Positions 1 through 10,218 of a stretch of DNA of 64,000 nucleotides are shown in pieces. A model generated the notes under the pieces. That model worked only from the letters and a program-made list of their open reading frames with translations, had not been told where the DNA came from and searched no databases. Position 1 is the stretch's first letter. Each line of letters starts with the position of its first letter. A program made the position numbers and the translations under genes. Where the stretch lies: the NCBI GenBank assembly GCA_963666565.1, contig OY762911.1:320001-384000 (forward strand), written 5' to 3'. Source of the DNA: Thermoanaerobaculia bacterium. GTDB taxonomy: Bacteria > Acidobacteriota > Thermoanaerobaculia > Multivoradales > Multivoraceae.

Positions 1-371
1 CCGCCGGCGCCGCCTCGCGCCACCACCAACCGCTCGTCCCCGGTAAGGACCTCGCCGAGAGGCTCGCCGGTGGCAGCGTCGCGGACCTCGGTTCCGAGCG
101 GCACGGGGATCACGAGGTCGCGGCCGCTTCGGCCCGTCTTGTTCGAACCCTCGCCGTGCCGGCCGCGCTCGGCCCGGCAGGAGGCCGGGAAGGTGAGGCG
201 GTAGAGCGTGCCGAGCCCCGGCGAGCCGACCAGGACGACGTCCCCGCCATTGCCGCCGTCGCCCCCGGAGGGACCGCCCTGCGGGACGAACTTCTCGCGC
301 CGGAAAGCCAGGCAGCCGTTGCCGCCCGAACCCGCGAGGACATCGATGACGGCCTCGTCGATGAAGTGCAT
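1..371 (-). CDS. obgE: GTPase ObgE/CgtA, 5' part (runs off window start)
   Basis: Manual translation from ATG at 371: MHFIDEAVIDVLAGSGGNGCLAFRREKFVPQGGPSGGDGGNGGDV, the Gly-rich Obg N-terminus; follows rplU-rpmA. Confidence 0.95.
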   Translation of the reverse strand, partial: MHFIDEAVIDVLAGSGGNGCLAFRREKFVPQGGPSGGDGGNGGDVVLVGSPGLGTLYRLTFPASCRAERGRHGEGSNKTGRSGRDLVIPVPLGTEVRDAATGEPLGEVLTGDERLVVARGGAG

Positions 372-406
372 GGGCCGCTCCCGCGGCGTTGCGCGCCTGG
401 CCGGAG

Positions 407-664
407 TTACACGGCCGGGTGGACGTTGACCACCTTGCCCCGTCGGCCCCGGTCGCGGAACTCCACCACGCCGTCCGCCCGCGCGTAGAGCGTGTCGTCG
501 CCGCCGCGTCCCACGTTCTCGCCGGGGAAGAAGCGGGTGCCGCGCTGGCGCACGATGATCGTGCCGCCGGTCACGCTCTCGCCGGAGTAACGCTTCACGC
601 CCAGGTTCTTGGGGTTCGAATCCCGGCCGTTGCGGCTGGAGCCCTGGCCTTTCTTGTGCGCCAT
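407..664 (-). CDS. rpmA: 50S ribosomal protein L27
   Basis: [24 protein letters not shown]. Confidence 0.99.
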   Translation of the reverse strand: MAHKKGQGSSRNGRDSNPKNLGVKRYSGESVTGGTIIVRQRGTRFFPGENVGRGGDDTLYARADGVVEFRDRGRRGKVVNVHPAV

Positions 665-695
665 CTCTTCGACCTCCGTTGCTCCGGCGAGAGGC

Positions 696-1025
696 TTACG
701 CCCCGCCGTTCCGTTCGATCGCCTCGATCCGGAAGCGCTGCAGCTCCTGCCGGTGTCCGCGGCGCCGGCGGTAGCCCTTGCGGCGCTTGAACTTGAACAC
801 GACGATCTTCGGGCCGCGCAGGTCGGTCACGAGTTGCGCCCGGACCCGGGCTCCCTCGACGTGGGGATCCCCGACCGCGGCTTCGTCCTCGCCGCCGCCG
901 ATCATCAGCACCCGGTCGAAGACCACCTCCGAACCGGCCTCGGCGCCGGCGACGCGTTCCAGGTCGACAACATCGCCTTCCGCGACCCGGACCTGCTTGC
1001 CGCCGGTCTCTATCACTGCGTACAT
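696..1025 (-). CDS. rplU: 50S ribosomal protein L21
   Basis: [14 protein letters not shown]...[15 protein letters not shown]; ATG at 1025 with upstream GGGGGGAG. Confidence 0.98.
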   Translation of the reverse strand: MYAVIETGGKQVRVAEGDVVDLERVAGAEAGSEVVFDRVLMIGGGEDEAAVGDPHVEGARVRAQLVTDLRGPKIVVFKFKRRKGYRRRRGHRQELQRFRIEAIERNGGA

Positions 1026-1285
1026 GGTGTTCTCCCCCCGCGCCGCCCGCCGCCGGAGCGCCAAGCGACGGCGGACAATAGCACCGGCCTGGCTGCCGGG
1101 TCAATGACGGGCGTGGAGCCGGATGCGCCGCCCGACGCGCCGCTTCAGCGTGCGCCCTGGAACGAGCGGTCCACGGTTTCAGTGTACGCTCCCGGAGTTC
1201 AGCCCGCCCGGCGGCGCGCGTCGCAATCAGGAGAACGAAGACCAGCACCCGCAACGACCAAGCAGACCCGACGTCGGGCAACGGG

Positions 1286-1741
1286 ATGGATTTGGATCGC
1301 CGGCTGGAGGGTTCCGCGCACGACGGCCTGTTCCGGTACTGGGAGCTGGAAGACGTTCTGGTGGGGGGCGAACTTTGGGCCGTGCTGGAGGCTCGCGGCA
1401 TGGATGTGCAGAGGACCTGCGGGGGTCTGCACGTTGAGCGCGACGGCAAGGTGTTCGCCACGGGACCCGTCGCGATGACCAGCAACGAAGTCGTGGCCGT
1501 CTTCCTGGAGACGACCATGCGGCTCGAGTGGATCCAGAACTTCCTGGCCACTTTGTCCAGGCTTCTCCACTGGTGGCCGGCCTACCGAGGCCGGAAGATC
1601 CACGGCGCGCTGGCCTATCTGGATTGCGAGGAAGAGGCGAGGCGGTACGCGGAGCGCGTGGGGTTGTTCCTCATCCGGGTCGTCGACGGCCATGCACGCA
1701 TCGAGAACGGCCCCGGCTTCGAACCGCGCTCCTTCGGCTGA
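1286..1741 (+). CDS. Hypothetical protein, DUF3782/PD-(D/E)XK-like fold, catalytic residues apparently degenerate
   Basis: C-terminal YRGRKIHGALAYL...YAERVGLFLIR...F.PRSF resembles DUF3782-type proteins; the expected D...ExK is not seen. Confidence 0.5.
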   Translation: MDLDRRLEGSAHDGLFRYWELEDVLVGGELWAVLEARGMDVQRTCGGLHVERDGKVFATGPVAMTSNEVVAVFLETTMRLEWIQNFLATLSRLLHWWPAYRGRKIHGALAYLDCEEEARRYAERVGLFLIRVVDGHARIENGPGFEPRSFG

Positions 1742-1750
1742 GCGGCGCTG

Positions 1751-4714
1751 CTACGCGGACGACGTACAGGGAAACGCCGTCACGTCGCTCGCCGCGTCGG
1801 CCGTCTGGCCGAGCCGGTTCGTGTGGGTCCAGCGCTCGCCGCTCGGACTCTCGACGACCAGGTTGAACGCCAGGTCGGTGACCGGGGCCACGAACACCCA
1901 GCGATGGCCGTTGACGCCGCAGGCGTCCAGGACCTTGATGAGGACCTCCGCGTTGTTGCGGTCGAAGAAGTACAGCAGGCCCGACTGGGTTGAGTCGAGA
2001 CCCCAGTCCTTGGCGGCGCCGACGCTTCCCTGAGCCGTCTCGTAGCACATACTCACCGTGTGGCCGCCGCTCAGGGTCAGGGCAGGGCCTGAGGGGATGC
2101 AGTCGGTTGCGGCGCCGGCGGCCAGCCGGGTGGCGGAAGCGGCCGCGGTCGACACCGTCGGCGGACCGCCGCCTGGGGCCAGATTGCCGGCGTCGCCGTC
2201 GGCTTCCGCCAGCCGCGCCTTCGCGGCCGCGACCTCGGCCGTTGTGCAGGGGAAGGCGGTCGTGTCGCTTACCGTGCGGGCGGTACGGCCCTTCGGGTTG
2301 CCCGCGAAGCCCGAGATCTGCTCCTGCGCGCGTCGCTTCGAGTCGTAGCGCCACGACTTACTGCGGCCAGAGATGTATGGACCCGGCTCCGTGATACTCA
2401 GCCGGAACGCCAGGTCGGTGACTGGCGCCACGAACACCCAGCGGTGGCCGTTCACGCCGCAGCCGTCGAGCACCTTGACCAAGATCTCCGCGTTGTCCCG
2501 CTCGAAGAAGTAGAGGAGACCGCTTTGGTCCGCCTCGAGCTGGTAGTCCCACATCCGCCGCCGGGCGCCGTCGGGGGTCTCCAGGCAGGCAGAGACCCGG
2601 TAGCCGTCCAAGTCGATTCCCGTGGATCTCCGGTAGCAGTTCGTTCGCTTCCCGGATGCGGTCACCTCCGGGTGAGGTCCCGGCATGAACTCCAGGTGGT
2701 AGGTCTCACTGGCGTTCCAACCCCTGTCGTTGTAAGCCACGACCACGAACGAGTAGCGGCCTCTCATGGCCGAGCCTGCTCCGCTGTAGGTTATCTCCTC
2801 CGCTGCCAGCTCCTCTATCTCCATGTGGCGGGTGCCGGCCGGGAGCGAACCGCCGTAGCGACTCCAGATCTCGTCCGGCTCTCCGCCCGACCACTTGCGG
2901 TGCCAGATCTTGAAGCCGGACTCGTTGGTCGAGTTGTCGCGCCAGTGCAGACGGACGCTGTCGGGGCCGGTCACCCGGGTACCGACGTTGCTCGGCGCGG
3001 CAGGTGCCCCCGCAGACATTCGCGGCGGCTCAAGCTCGAGTACCGGACCACCCCCGGAAGCACCGATGCTCCTCCTCTTGTGACCGATTGCGACTCGGTA
3101 CCCTCCACCAGGCCGTAGCCCACGAACGTCCACCCCCAATACACGCTCGCCGTTCTTGTCTTCCTCTTTCAGCGGCGTGAGCCACGCGCCCTCAACATAA
3201 GCGTCATTCCATCCTTCGGTCGCGCCACTAAAGTGCACGCTCCCCGCAAAGCTACCAGCGTCCCCCCAAGTTACCCTGACTGTGTCGACATCGGCCCACT
3301 CCGCAACCACCGCTCCGCGGCCATCATTTCGCATTCCACCACCGTTGACTCTCACGACAACGGGTATCGTTTCCTGAAACACACGCTCGTTCTCTCGCTC
3401 GCCGGCAACCCCGATCGTCCAGCCGTTCGGCTTGTGGCGCACAGACGAATAGAACGGCTCACCGAAGGAGATGGTCTTGGAATTGTCGTCCGTGCGTGCC
3501 TCGCTACCGAGGCTCATGATCGTCGCTGGGCATAGCAACTGGTCGCCATAGCCTTCGCGTTTGCTGCACGACGTCAGGTCGGTGTGACCGAAGGCGTAAG
3601 GACGAAGATAGTCGGACGGACCCGGGAAAGACGCTGGCGGATCGTGCCCGCCGCCAAGATTGTGACCGATCTCGTGGGCGAAAACGTGCGGCACTGGCAC
3701 AGACCATCCTGTGTAGACGCTGCCATACAGGCCAGTCCTTATCGTAGCCCGGCCGGCAAAGCCGGACACCCCTACGACCGGAACGAAGTGCACGAGATCC
3801 GGAGCATGCCGTGCAACCAAGCGCCTTACGTCTCTACTGCTAACGAATTCGTAATGCCAGCCGTAGTAGGGGGATCGAGTCACGAAGTGACCGCCTTGTG
3901 TGGAGGGGTGGTTTCGCAGCTCCGGATCCCAACGCACAGCAGTCAGGTTCGCCGTCGCCGGAAGAGCTCCGTTGCGAAACACCATACTCAGATAGTCGCC
4001 GAGCTGCCGGACGCCCACCGCCGGCCCGCCGATCACCCGCCAGTAGCGCTCCGTCCCCTCGGGATACAGCACGAGGATGTCGATGCGGTCGCCGCTCGAC
4101 TCCGAGGCCACGGACGAGGGGCGATCCAGCGTTGCGGCCGCGTCCTGCACCAGGTGGCGAGCCGGCCCGGCCTCGACCCCGCACCAGTCGCCGACGGGCC
4201 CGACTTCCTCGGACAGCGAGCCGCGGCCGTCCGGTCCCGCGTACACCACGTACTTCGGCCCGCCCGGCTCGCCGAACCAGCCCACGAGGTGCCCGTCCTG
4301 CACCGTGAACAGCACGCTCTCGTAGCCGGCGCCCGGCACCTCGCCGCTCCACATCAGGTTGCCGCCGCCCCGGTCCTCGAACACCGCGTTCTCCGCCTCG
4401 ATCGTCAAACCGTCCGGCAGCGGCAGTTCCAGGAAGCCCATGCCAAGACGCAGGTAGTCGTACGTCACCTGGATCTCCACCGACACCCGAGGCAACGCCT
4501 CGCCGACCGGCCCACCAGCGCCGGGCGCCACCCTGGCGCCCTCCATCATCACCGCCGGACCGTCCGGCGCGCGGGTCACATCGCCCACGCTCCACAGCCG
4601 CTGCGCGTTCGCCCCTGCGGACGCGACCGCCTAGGCGAAGATGAACGCCACGATCGCCGTCGTCCAACGCAGACGCCCTTCTCTGCCCTGCGTTCGTTGC
4701 TGCTCTTCACTCAT
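1751..4714 (-). CDS. Secreted reprolysin-like (M12B) Zn metalloprotease with FN3 domain and two C-terminal Cys-containing repeat domains; in-frame TAG at 4631-4633 (possible pseudogene)
   Basis: HEIGHNLGGGHD zinc motif and Met-turn (TIMS); FN3-like PAAPSNV...VRLHWRDNSTNESGF; ATG 4714 preceded by AGGAGGAG gives a signal peptide in frame with the 945-aa ORF but interrupted by one TAG. Confidence 0.8.
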
Positions 4715-4760
4715 CGACTCGCTCCTCCTACGACCTAGCCGGCTTGCAAGCCGTACTCCT

Positions 4761-6131
4761 TCAGGGTCCGTCCGGATTCCTGATACGCCATACAATCTGG
4801 TCACGATGACGGTTCATGTGCTCGTCGACTCTCTCGAAGCTCCTTCTGAGCTCCTCCCTCAAGCGACGCTCCTGCGCCTCCAACTCATCGCTCCTTGCGA
4901 GAACATCCAGCCGGTTAAGCAAGCGCTTCACGCCCTCGCCTTCTGGACGATCCAGCTCTCTCCTCTCTTGGTCAACGCAGGCTTCACCGCCTGCGTGACA
5001 GACCAAGAGGGCGCGGTCCATGACCAATACGCGTCCAGACTGCACATGCCTCGCCCCAACTAAGCCCGAACCGGCTGCGGCTACCACTGTCTCCCGATCC
5101 ACCGACCAATCGGCGGGCCCCCCCCTTTCGCACCTGCCAAGATAGCGTTCGCCGCTCTCCGGCTCCGCCAAACCCCAGTCACAAACCTGTAGAAACGTCG
5201 CCGTTCGAGACGTAGTGCCAACCAAGTACACGTCCCGAAGCACCGTGCCGTCCATGACCGTCGCTACTTCGATCTCTTCGGGACTCATCCGGAAAAACTC
5301 GCCTTGCCTCCCCTTCCCAAGAAACCAGCCCGACAGGCTCGAACCAGCCGTCAACAACAGGAGCGCGCCCGCCGCTACACGAAAGGGGTGGCGGAGGATC
5401 CACCAATGCGTCCTGTATGACCATTCGTGCGACGGATTCTGGAACTTCCGGACAAGCCATAGGATCGCCTCCGCGACAGCCAGAAACGCCACAAACAGAT
5501 AGAGGCCTCGAACTCCCTCGTCAAGGAAGTCCTCGAGCGTGACGAAGCGAAAAACGCTACCCTCGATCGCCGCACGATAGAAGGTCTCCGTGAACGCCGC
5601 CCCAAGGAAGACCAGTAGCCCCGAAAACAGAGTTGCTACCTGCACCCGACCCAACTCCGCGACTCTGAGAAACGCATGGATGAGCAACACGTCGGGGATC
5701 TTCTTCCCGACGCTCTCGCGAACAGCACGCCAGCAGCTTTCTCCGTTCTTGACGATGTCCTCCACTCTGCTACTTGTCTCTTCGTCCCCCAACGCTCTCC
5801 TTATGGGATTGACCAACTCTGCGTAGGTGTCTTCGCTCATCTTGAGTCTGGCAGCTTTGTCGAGAGTCCTCATGACTTCTTCGAGTGCGCGGACTTGTGA
5901 GTCGCACACTTGGTGGATTTCAATTAGTTCACGCCAGGACCTCCACCATTTCTTGCTGTCTAGACCCTTCGAGAGCCCCGCTGCCTCGCTACGTTTCTCT
6001 CTGGCGCAACTCTTCGGACGGAGGATCCGACTGAGGTCAGCAGCGATAAGCACCAACTTTTTTTGTCGCCATCGTCGCCACTGTTGGACCCAGCGGCGCA
6101 CGCGCTTACGAAGGACACGTATTGCCAGCAT
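4761..6131 (-). CDS. Hypothetical membrane protein (about 3 TM segments, C-terminal coiled coil), lower GC
   Basis: 456-aa ORF with hydrophobic stretches; visibly more AT-rich than its flanks. Confidence 0.6.
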   Translation of the reverse strand: MLAIRVLRKRVRRWVQQWRRWRQKKLVLIAADLSRILRPKSCAREKRSEAAGLSKGLDSKKWWRSWRELIEIHQVCDSQVRALEEVMRTLDKAARLKMSEDTYAELVNPIRRALGDEETSSRVEDIVKNGESCWRAVRESVGKKIPDVLLIHAFLRVAELGRVQVATLFSGLLVFLGAAFTETFYRAAIEGSVFRFVTLEDFLDEGVRGLYLFVAFLAVAEAILWLVRKFQNPSHEWSYRTHWWILRHPFRVAAGALLLLTAGSSLSGWFLGKGRQGEFFRMSPEEIEVATVMDGTVLRDVYLVGTTSRTATFLQVCDWGLAEPESGERYLGRCERGGPADWSVDRETVVAAAGSGLVGARHVQSGRVLVMDRALLVCHAGGEACVDQERRELDRPEGEGVKRLLNRLDVLARSDELEAQERRLREELRRSFERVDEHMNRHRDQIVWRIRNPDGP

Positions 6132-6294
6132 CCGCTAGCTTCTGTACTTGGCTAGGGCAGTGAACGGCAGGTAGAGGGCGATCTTCACGTCAATCATTCG
6201 GGAGCAAGAGCTTGCGTCGGGCACCCAAGCAGCAATCGTGCCCGCGGCTTTTCTCCTCTCGGTCTTGCGCTCCGCACCATCACTTCACGGAAGC

Positions 6295-6432
6295 TCATGC
6301 GGTTTCGAGTGTATGGGAGCGCCACATCAAGGGCCCGGACAGAATGACCGTGGCGACGATGGAGAGAAACTGGAGCATAGCGGCCTCGTGGCCAAGTGCT
6401 GCTTGGTGAGGAGAACTGGTGCGGATCTTCAT
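6295..6432 (-). pseudogene. Truncated N-terminal remnant of a third tandem metalloprotease paralog
   Basis: ATGA overlap with the preceding stop; MKIRTSSPHQAALGHEAAMLQFLSIVATVILSGPL parallels MKVVPVSLAEQALTKRFVMLQRVAVVVAAVLLSVPV, then stops. Confidence 0.55.
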
Positions 6433-7775
6433 CGGCCGCACGCGAACGCCGTCAAGTCGGATCTCGTCGACGCCGTGGCGGCGAGCGGGTTCCGGTACGT
6501 CCACCGGCCGCCGTCGATGTCGTCTATGTGCAGGTTGAACGCCAGGTCGGTGACTGGCGCCACGTACACCCAGTGGTGGCCGTTCACGCCGCAGGCGTCC
6601 AGCGCCTTGACCAGAACCTCCGCGTTGCCGCGGTCGAAGAACCACAAGAGGCCGGACTCGCCGTACGAGAAGAGTCCCCCGTTGCCGTCGCCGACCTGCC
6701 CGTCGGAGGTCTCCCAGCACATGCTGACCCTGTAGCCGTCGCGGTACTCGCCGTGCGAGCCGTAGCGGTTCAGCCCCAGCGTGAGGGGAGAACTTCCGGG
6801 AACGCAGTCCGTGAACGCGCCCGGCCGGAGAGGCGGTCGCTGGATCGGACCAACTTTGGACTCACGGTACCTGCTGACGGCGACGATGCTGTACTGCAAC
6901 GCCGCCGACGCTTCGTGGACGCCCGGTTTCCCGACGACAAGACCGTGAAACCGCTCCGACGACGTGCTGAACCTGGGCAGCCAGTTCGCCCCCATGACCG
7001 TGCCGTACGCCTCGGGCTTCTGCGGGATGTTGACGAAGGAGCCGCTCGAGTAGCCCACGGCGCCTCTCCGGAAACCTCCGTTCGGGTCGCCGCCGAATTC
7101 GGGGCTGTGCTGAATGCCCAGGTTGTGGCCGACCTCGTGGCGGAGAATGGTCCGCCACGCGAGGGGATTCACGAAGTTGTTCACCGAGCCGTAGAAGCAC
7201 GATTCCGCGTCGAACCCGGCCTCGGAGCCCGGTTGGCACGCAACGCCGGCGACGCCGGATCGGTCGTCGACCAGTGCGTACACGAGGTCCGCTCCGAGGG
7301 CGTTCCGGCGCTGGATCGCGTGGGCGTCCTGCACGATCATGCGGTGCGCGACGTCCTGATCGTCGGGCATTCCCGGCAGTTGCTCGATTCCGACGATGCG
7401 GAACGTCGCGTTCACCTTGCTGTTCGCCAACGCCGCGTTCAACAAGCTCACCGACTGCCATATCTCGTGAGTCATCGAAGCCCCGAAGTAGGCGAACTCG
7501 TCCTCGAAGCCGTCCGTGTAGAAGAACAGGATGTCGATGAAGTAGGTCCTGTTCGGATCGGCGCGGTCCATCGCTGCGCCCCTTGAGACGCCGATGGCCG
7601 GACCGCCCGCAGTGGCGGGAGCTTCCTCGACCCGGCAGAACCAGGGATCGGCCGGACCCTGGCCAGCCACGGGCACGGACAAGAGAACCGCTGCGACGAC
7701 GACTGCGACACGTTGGAGCATGACGAACCTCTTGGTCAAGGCCTGCTCGGCAAGGGAAACTGGAACCACCTTCAT
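6429..7775 (-). CDS. Secreted reprolysin-like (M12B) Zn metalloprotease with C-terminal Cys domain (paralog B)
   Basis: Signal-like N-terminus; HEVGHNLGIQH; GTVMG Met-turn; ATG 7775 overlaps the upstream TGA. Confidence 0.85.
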   Translation of the reverse strand: MKVVPVSLAEQALTKRFVMLQRVAVVVAAVLLSVPVAGQGPADPWFCRVEEAPATAGGPAIGVSRGAAMDRADPNRTYFIDILFFYTDGFEDEFAYFGASMTHEIWQSVSLLNAALANSKVNATFRIVGIEQLPGMPDDQDVAHRMIVQDAHAIQRRNALGADLVYALVDDRSGVAGVACQPGSEAGFDAESCFYGSVNNFVNPLAWRTILRHEVGHNLGIQHSPEFGGDPNGGFRRGAVGYSSGSFVNIPQKPEAYGTVMGANWLPRFSTSSERFHGLVVGKPGVHEASAALQYSIVAVSRYRESKVGPIQRPPLRPGAFTDCVPGSSPLTLGLNRYGSHGEYRDGYRVSMCWETSDGQVGDGNGGLFSYGESGLLWFFDRGNAEVLVKALDACGVNGHHWVYVAPVTDLAFNLHIDDIDGGRWTYRNPLAATASTRSDLTAFACGR

Positions 7776-9121
7776 CGGCCGCACGCAAACGCCTCCAGGT
7801 CGGACCTCGTCGAGGCGATGGCGCCGAGCCGGTTCCGGTACGTCCACCGGGTGCCGTCGAGGCCATCGATGTGCAAGTTGAAGGCCAAGTCGGTGACCGG
7901 CGCGACGTACACCCAGTGATGCCGGTTCACGCCACAGCCGTTCAGCACCTTGACGAGAACTTCCGCGTTTCCTCGGTCGAAGAACCACAACAGGCCGGAC
8001 TCGCCGTACGAGAAGAGCCCTCCGTTGCCGGCACCGACCTTGCCGTCGTACGTCTCGTAGCACATGCTGACGCGGTAGCCTTCTCGATAATTCAAGTACG
8101 GCCAGCGGCGGATGCCCAGGGTCAGGGGCGTACTTTCGGGGACGCAGTCCGTGTACTGACCCGGCTGGAGAGACGGTCGCTCCGTCGAACCGCTCACGGA
8201 CTCCCGGTAGTTGCTCACGGCAACGACGCTGTACTGCAACGCCGTCGAGGCTTCGTGAACACCCGGTTCTCCGACAACGAGACCGTGGTACCGCTCGGAC
8301 GATGTGGAGAACCTCGGCAGCTCGTTACCTCCCATGGTGCTTCCGTACCACTCGGGGCTGTTCGTCGGGTAGGGACTCGAGTAGCCCACGGCGCCTCGCC
8401 GAAAGCCCCCTTCCGGATCGCCGCCGAATCTAGGGCTGTGCTGAATGCCCAGATTGTGACCGACCTCGTGGCGAAGCACCGTCCTCCAGACCGAGTCGCA
8501 CCCAAAGCCCCCGCCGCCGCAGAAGTTGTTCACCGAACCATAGAAGCAACCGCCGTTGTTGAACGATGCCTCCGAGCCCGGTTGACAGGCGACACCAAGG
8601 TAACCGGCCCGATCGTCAACCAGGGCGTACACCAAATCTGCCCCGAGCGCGTTCCGGCGCGCGATCGCACGCTCGTCCTGCCGGATCATCTCGAGCGCAA
8701 CATCCTGATCGTCGGGCATTCCCGGCAGTTGCTCGACTCCGGCGATACGCGCCGTTGCGTTGACCTTGCTGTTCGCCAGTGCCGCGTTCAGCATGCTGAC
8801 GGATTGCCATATCTCATGGGACATCGAATCTCCCCGCCGAACGAAGTCGTCCGCGAAGCCGTCCGTGTAGAAGAACAGGATGTCGATGAAGTACATCCTG
8901 TTCGGATCGGCGCGCTCCATCGCGGCCTGCCTCGAGACACCGATGGCGGATTCCCCCGCGATCGCGGGCGCTTCCTCGACCCGGCAGAACCGGGGGTCGT
9001 CCGGACCCTGACCGGCCAGGGGCACGGACAGAAGCGTGGCGGCGACAACCGAGGCGGAGCATCGGAGCACGACGGACCTCCTGGTCAATGCGTGCGTGGC
9101 GAGGAGAGCAGGGCTTCTCAT
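7772..9121 (-). CDS. Secreted reprolysin-like (M12B) Zn metalloprotease with C-terminal Cys domain (paralog A)
   Basis: HEVGHNLGIQH, GSTMG; highly similar to 6429-7775 along its length. Confidence 0.85.
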   Translation of the reverse strand: MRSPALLATHALTRRSVVLRCSASVVAATLLSVPLAGQGPDDPRFCRVEEAPAIAGESAIGVSRQAAMERADPNRMYFIDILFFYTDGFADDFVRRGDSMSHEIWQSVSMLNAALANSKVNATARIAGVEQLPGMPDDQDVALEMIRQDERAIARRNALGADLVYALVDDRAGYLGVACQPGSEASFNNGGCFYGSVNNFCGGGGFGCDSVWRTVLRHEVGHNLGIQHSPRFGGDPEGGFRRGAVGYSSPYPTNSPEWYGSTMGGNELPRFSTSSERYHGLVVGEPGVHEASTALQYSVVAVSNYRESVSGSTERPSLQPGQYTDCVPESTPLTLGIRRWPYLNYREGYRVSMCYETYDGKVGAGNGGLFSYGESGLLWFFDRGNAEVLVKVLNGCGVNRHHWVYVAPVTDLAFNLHIDGLDGTRWTYRNRLGAIASTRSDLEAFACGR

Positions 9122-9137
9122 TTCCGGCCGGCGTCCA

Positions 9138-9971
9138 CTACGGATGACATGGAAACGCCGCCACGTCGTTGATCAACGGGTTCGTGCTGTTGCGGTGGTA
9201 GGGCAGCCTCACGCCGGTGGCGTTGTCGGTGACCAGGACGGAGTAGTCGAGATGCGCGGGCGCGGCGCCGGCCGAGGACAAACGGCCCTCCCCGAGGAGC
9301 TTGGCCGCCCTGGTTGACGACTCGCCGGCCCGGAACGCCCCGGCGGTCGCGCCCGCCGGAACCGGGCAGGGGAACGACACGACGTCCCCGATCAGGGGGT
9401 TCGACCGGTTGCGGCGGTACACTCTCTCCCGGCCGGTCGCCATGTCCGTCACGTTGACCGAATAGTTCAGGTCCGTACCGGCCGAGCCGAAGACCCAGTA
9501 CCGGTCGTTGATGGCGCAGCCGTCCAGGACCTTCACCATCAGCTCGGGGTTGTCGAAGGTGAAGAAGTAGAAGAGCGAAGCCGCGTCGCCCACGAGGGCT
9601 TGCCTGATACGGGCCTGCTTGGTCTTGTACTCGCCATCTGCCGAATCCGTATAGGACACGGTCGCCTTGACCTTGATCCTGCCGTCCTGCAGGCACGATA
9701 CATAGGCATTCTCCAGGCATCCGTAGTCCTCCGCCCCCGCCAAGGCCGGCAGCGCCGGCAGGAGCGCCGTCAGCAGGCGCGCAGCCCGGAGCGCACGCCG
9801 CCCGGCACCGGCGCGGCTGCGCCAAGGCGCCGCGGAGGCCCCACGCAGCCACGACCGCCAGCGGCGGGCGGCGCGGGATCTGACTATCCGGCTGTACGAT
9901 TCGGGGGGGGTAACCGAGCGGAAGTCGGCGAGCACCGATTCGGTACCGTGCACCCTGTCGCCAAGCCGCAT
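9138..9971 (-). CDS. Secreted protein consisting of the shared Cys-containing domain plus a duplicated C-terminal segment
   Basis: Signal-like LLTALLPALPALAG; FFTFDNPELMVKVLDGCAINDRYWVF; segment L.YSV.VTD.ATG....Y.RN..NPLI.DV..FPC occurs twice; start uncertain. Confidence 0.65.
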   Translation of the reverse strand: MRLGDRVHGTESVLADFRSVTPPESYSRIVRSRAARRWRSWLRGASAAPWRSRAGAGRRALRAARLLTALLPALPALAGAEDYGCLENAYVSCLQDGRIKVKATVSYTDSADGEYKTKQARIRQALVGDAASLFYFFTFDNPELMVKVLDGCAINDRYWVFGSAGTDLNYSVNVTDMATGRERVYRRNRSNPLIGDVVSFPCPVPAGATAGAFRAGESSTRAAKLLGEGRLSSAGAAPAHLDYSVLVTDNATGVRLPYHRNSTNPLINDVAAFPCHP

Positions 9972-10088
9972 CCTGCCGGTCTCCCCTGCCTGTCGTTCGG
10001 AAGTCACGAATCTAGCGCGCATCGCGCGGGAATGTCAACGCTTTGGTGGCGGTGCAAGACCTGCTCGCGAGCCACGGCGCGCCCGGAT

Positions 10089-10214
10089 GCGGGTCGGAAG
10101 ACCCGCGCACCCAGCGGGCGGGTCGGAAGTCCCGCGCACCCAGCGGGCGGGTCGGAAAGACCCGCGCACCCAGGGCAGGTCAGGAAGACCCGCGCACCGA
10201 CCCGCGCACCCAAG
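10089..10214. repeat. Tandem cluster of about 5 REP-like palindromes (GCGGGTC-GGAA-GACCCGC-GCACCCAG)
   Basis: Copies at 10089, 10118 and 10147, a degenerate copy at 10175 and a partial one at 10199. Confidence 0.9.
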
Positions 10215-10218
10215 GGGT

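Noticed and set aside
4631-4633. Programmed Sec or Pyl recoding linked to selB
   Set aside because: The codon is TAG, not TGA; it lies in a signal peptide; no pyl genes are seen.
6429-9121. DGR template/variable repeat pair
   Set aside because: Both copies are full genes, the differences I inspected are not adenine-specific, and the RT in the window is not DGR-like.
10089-10214. Tandem ~29-bp repeats resembling a CRISPR array
   Set aside because: Only 1-4 nt between units, no unique spacers, no cas genes, and the same unit is dispersed across the window as REPs.
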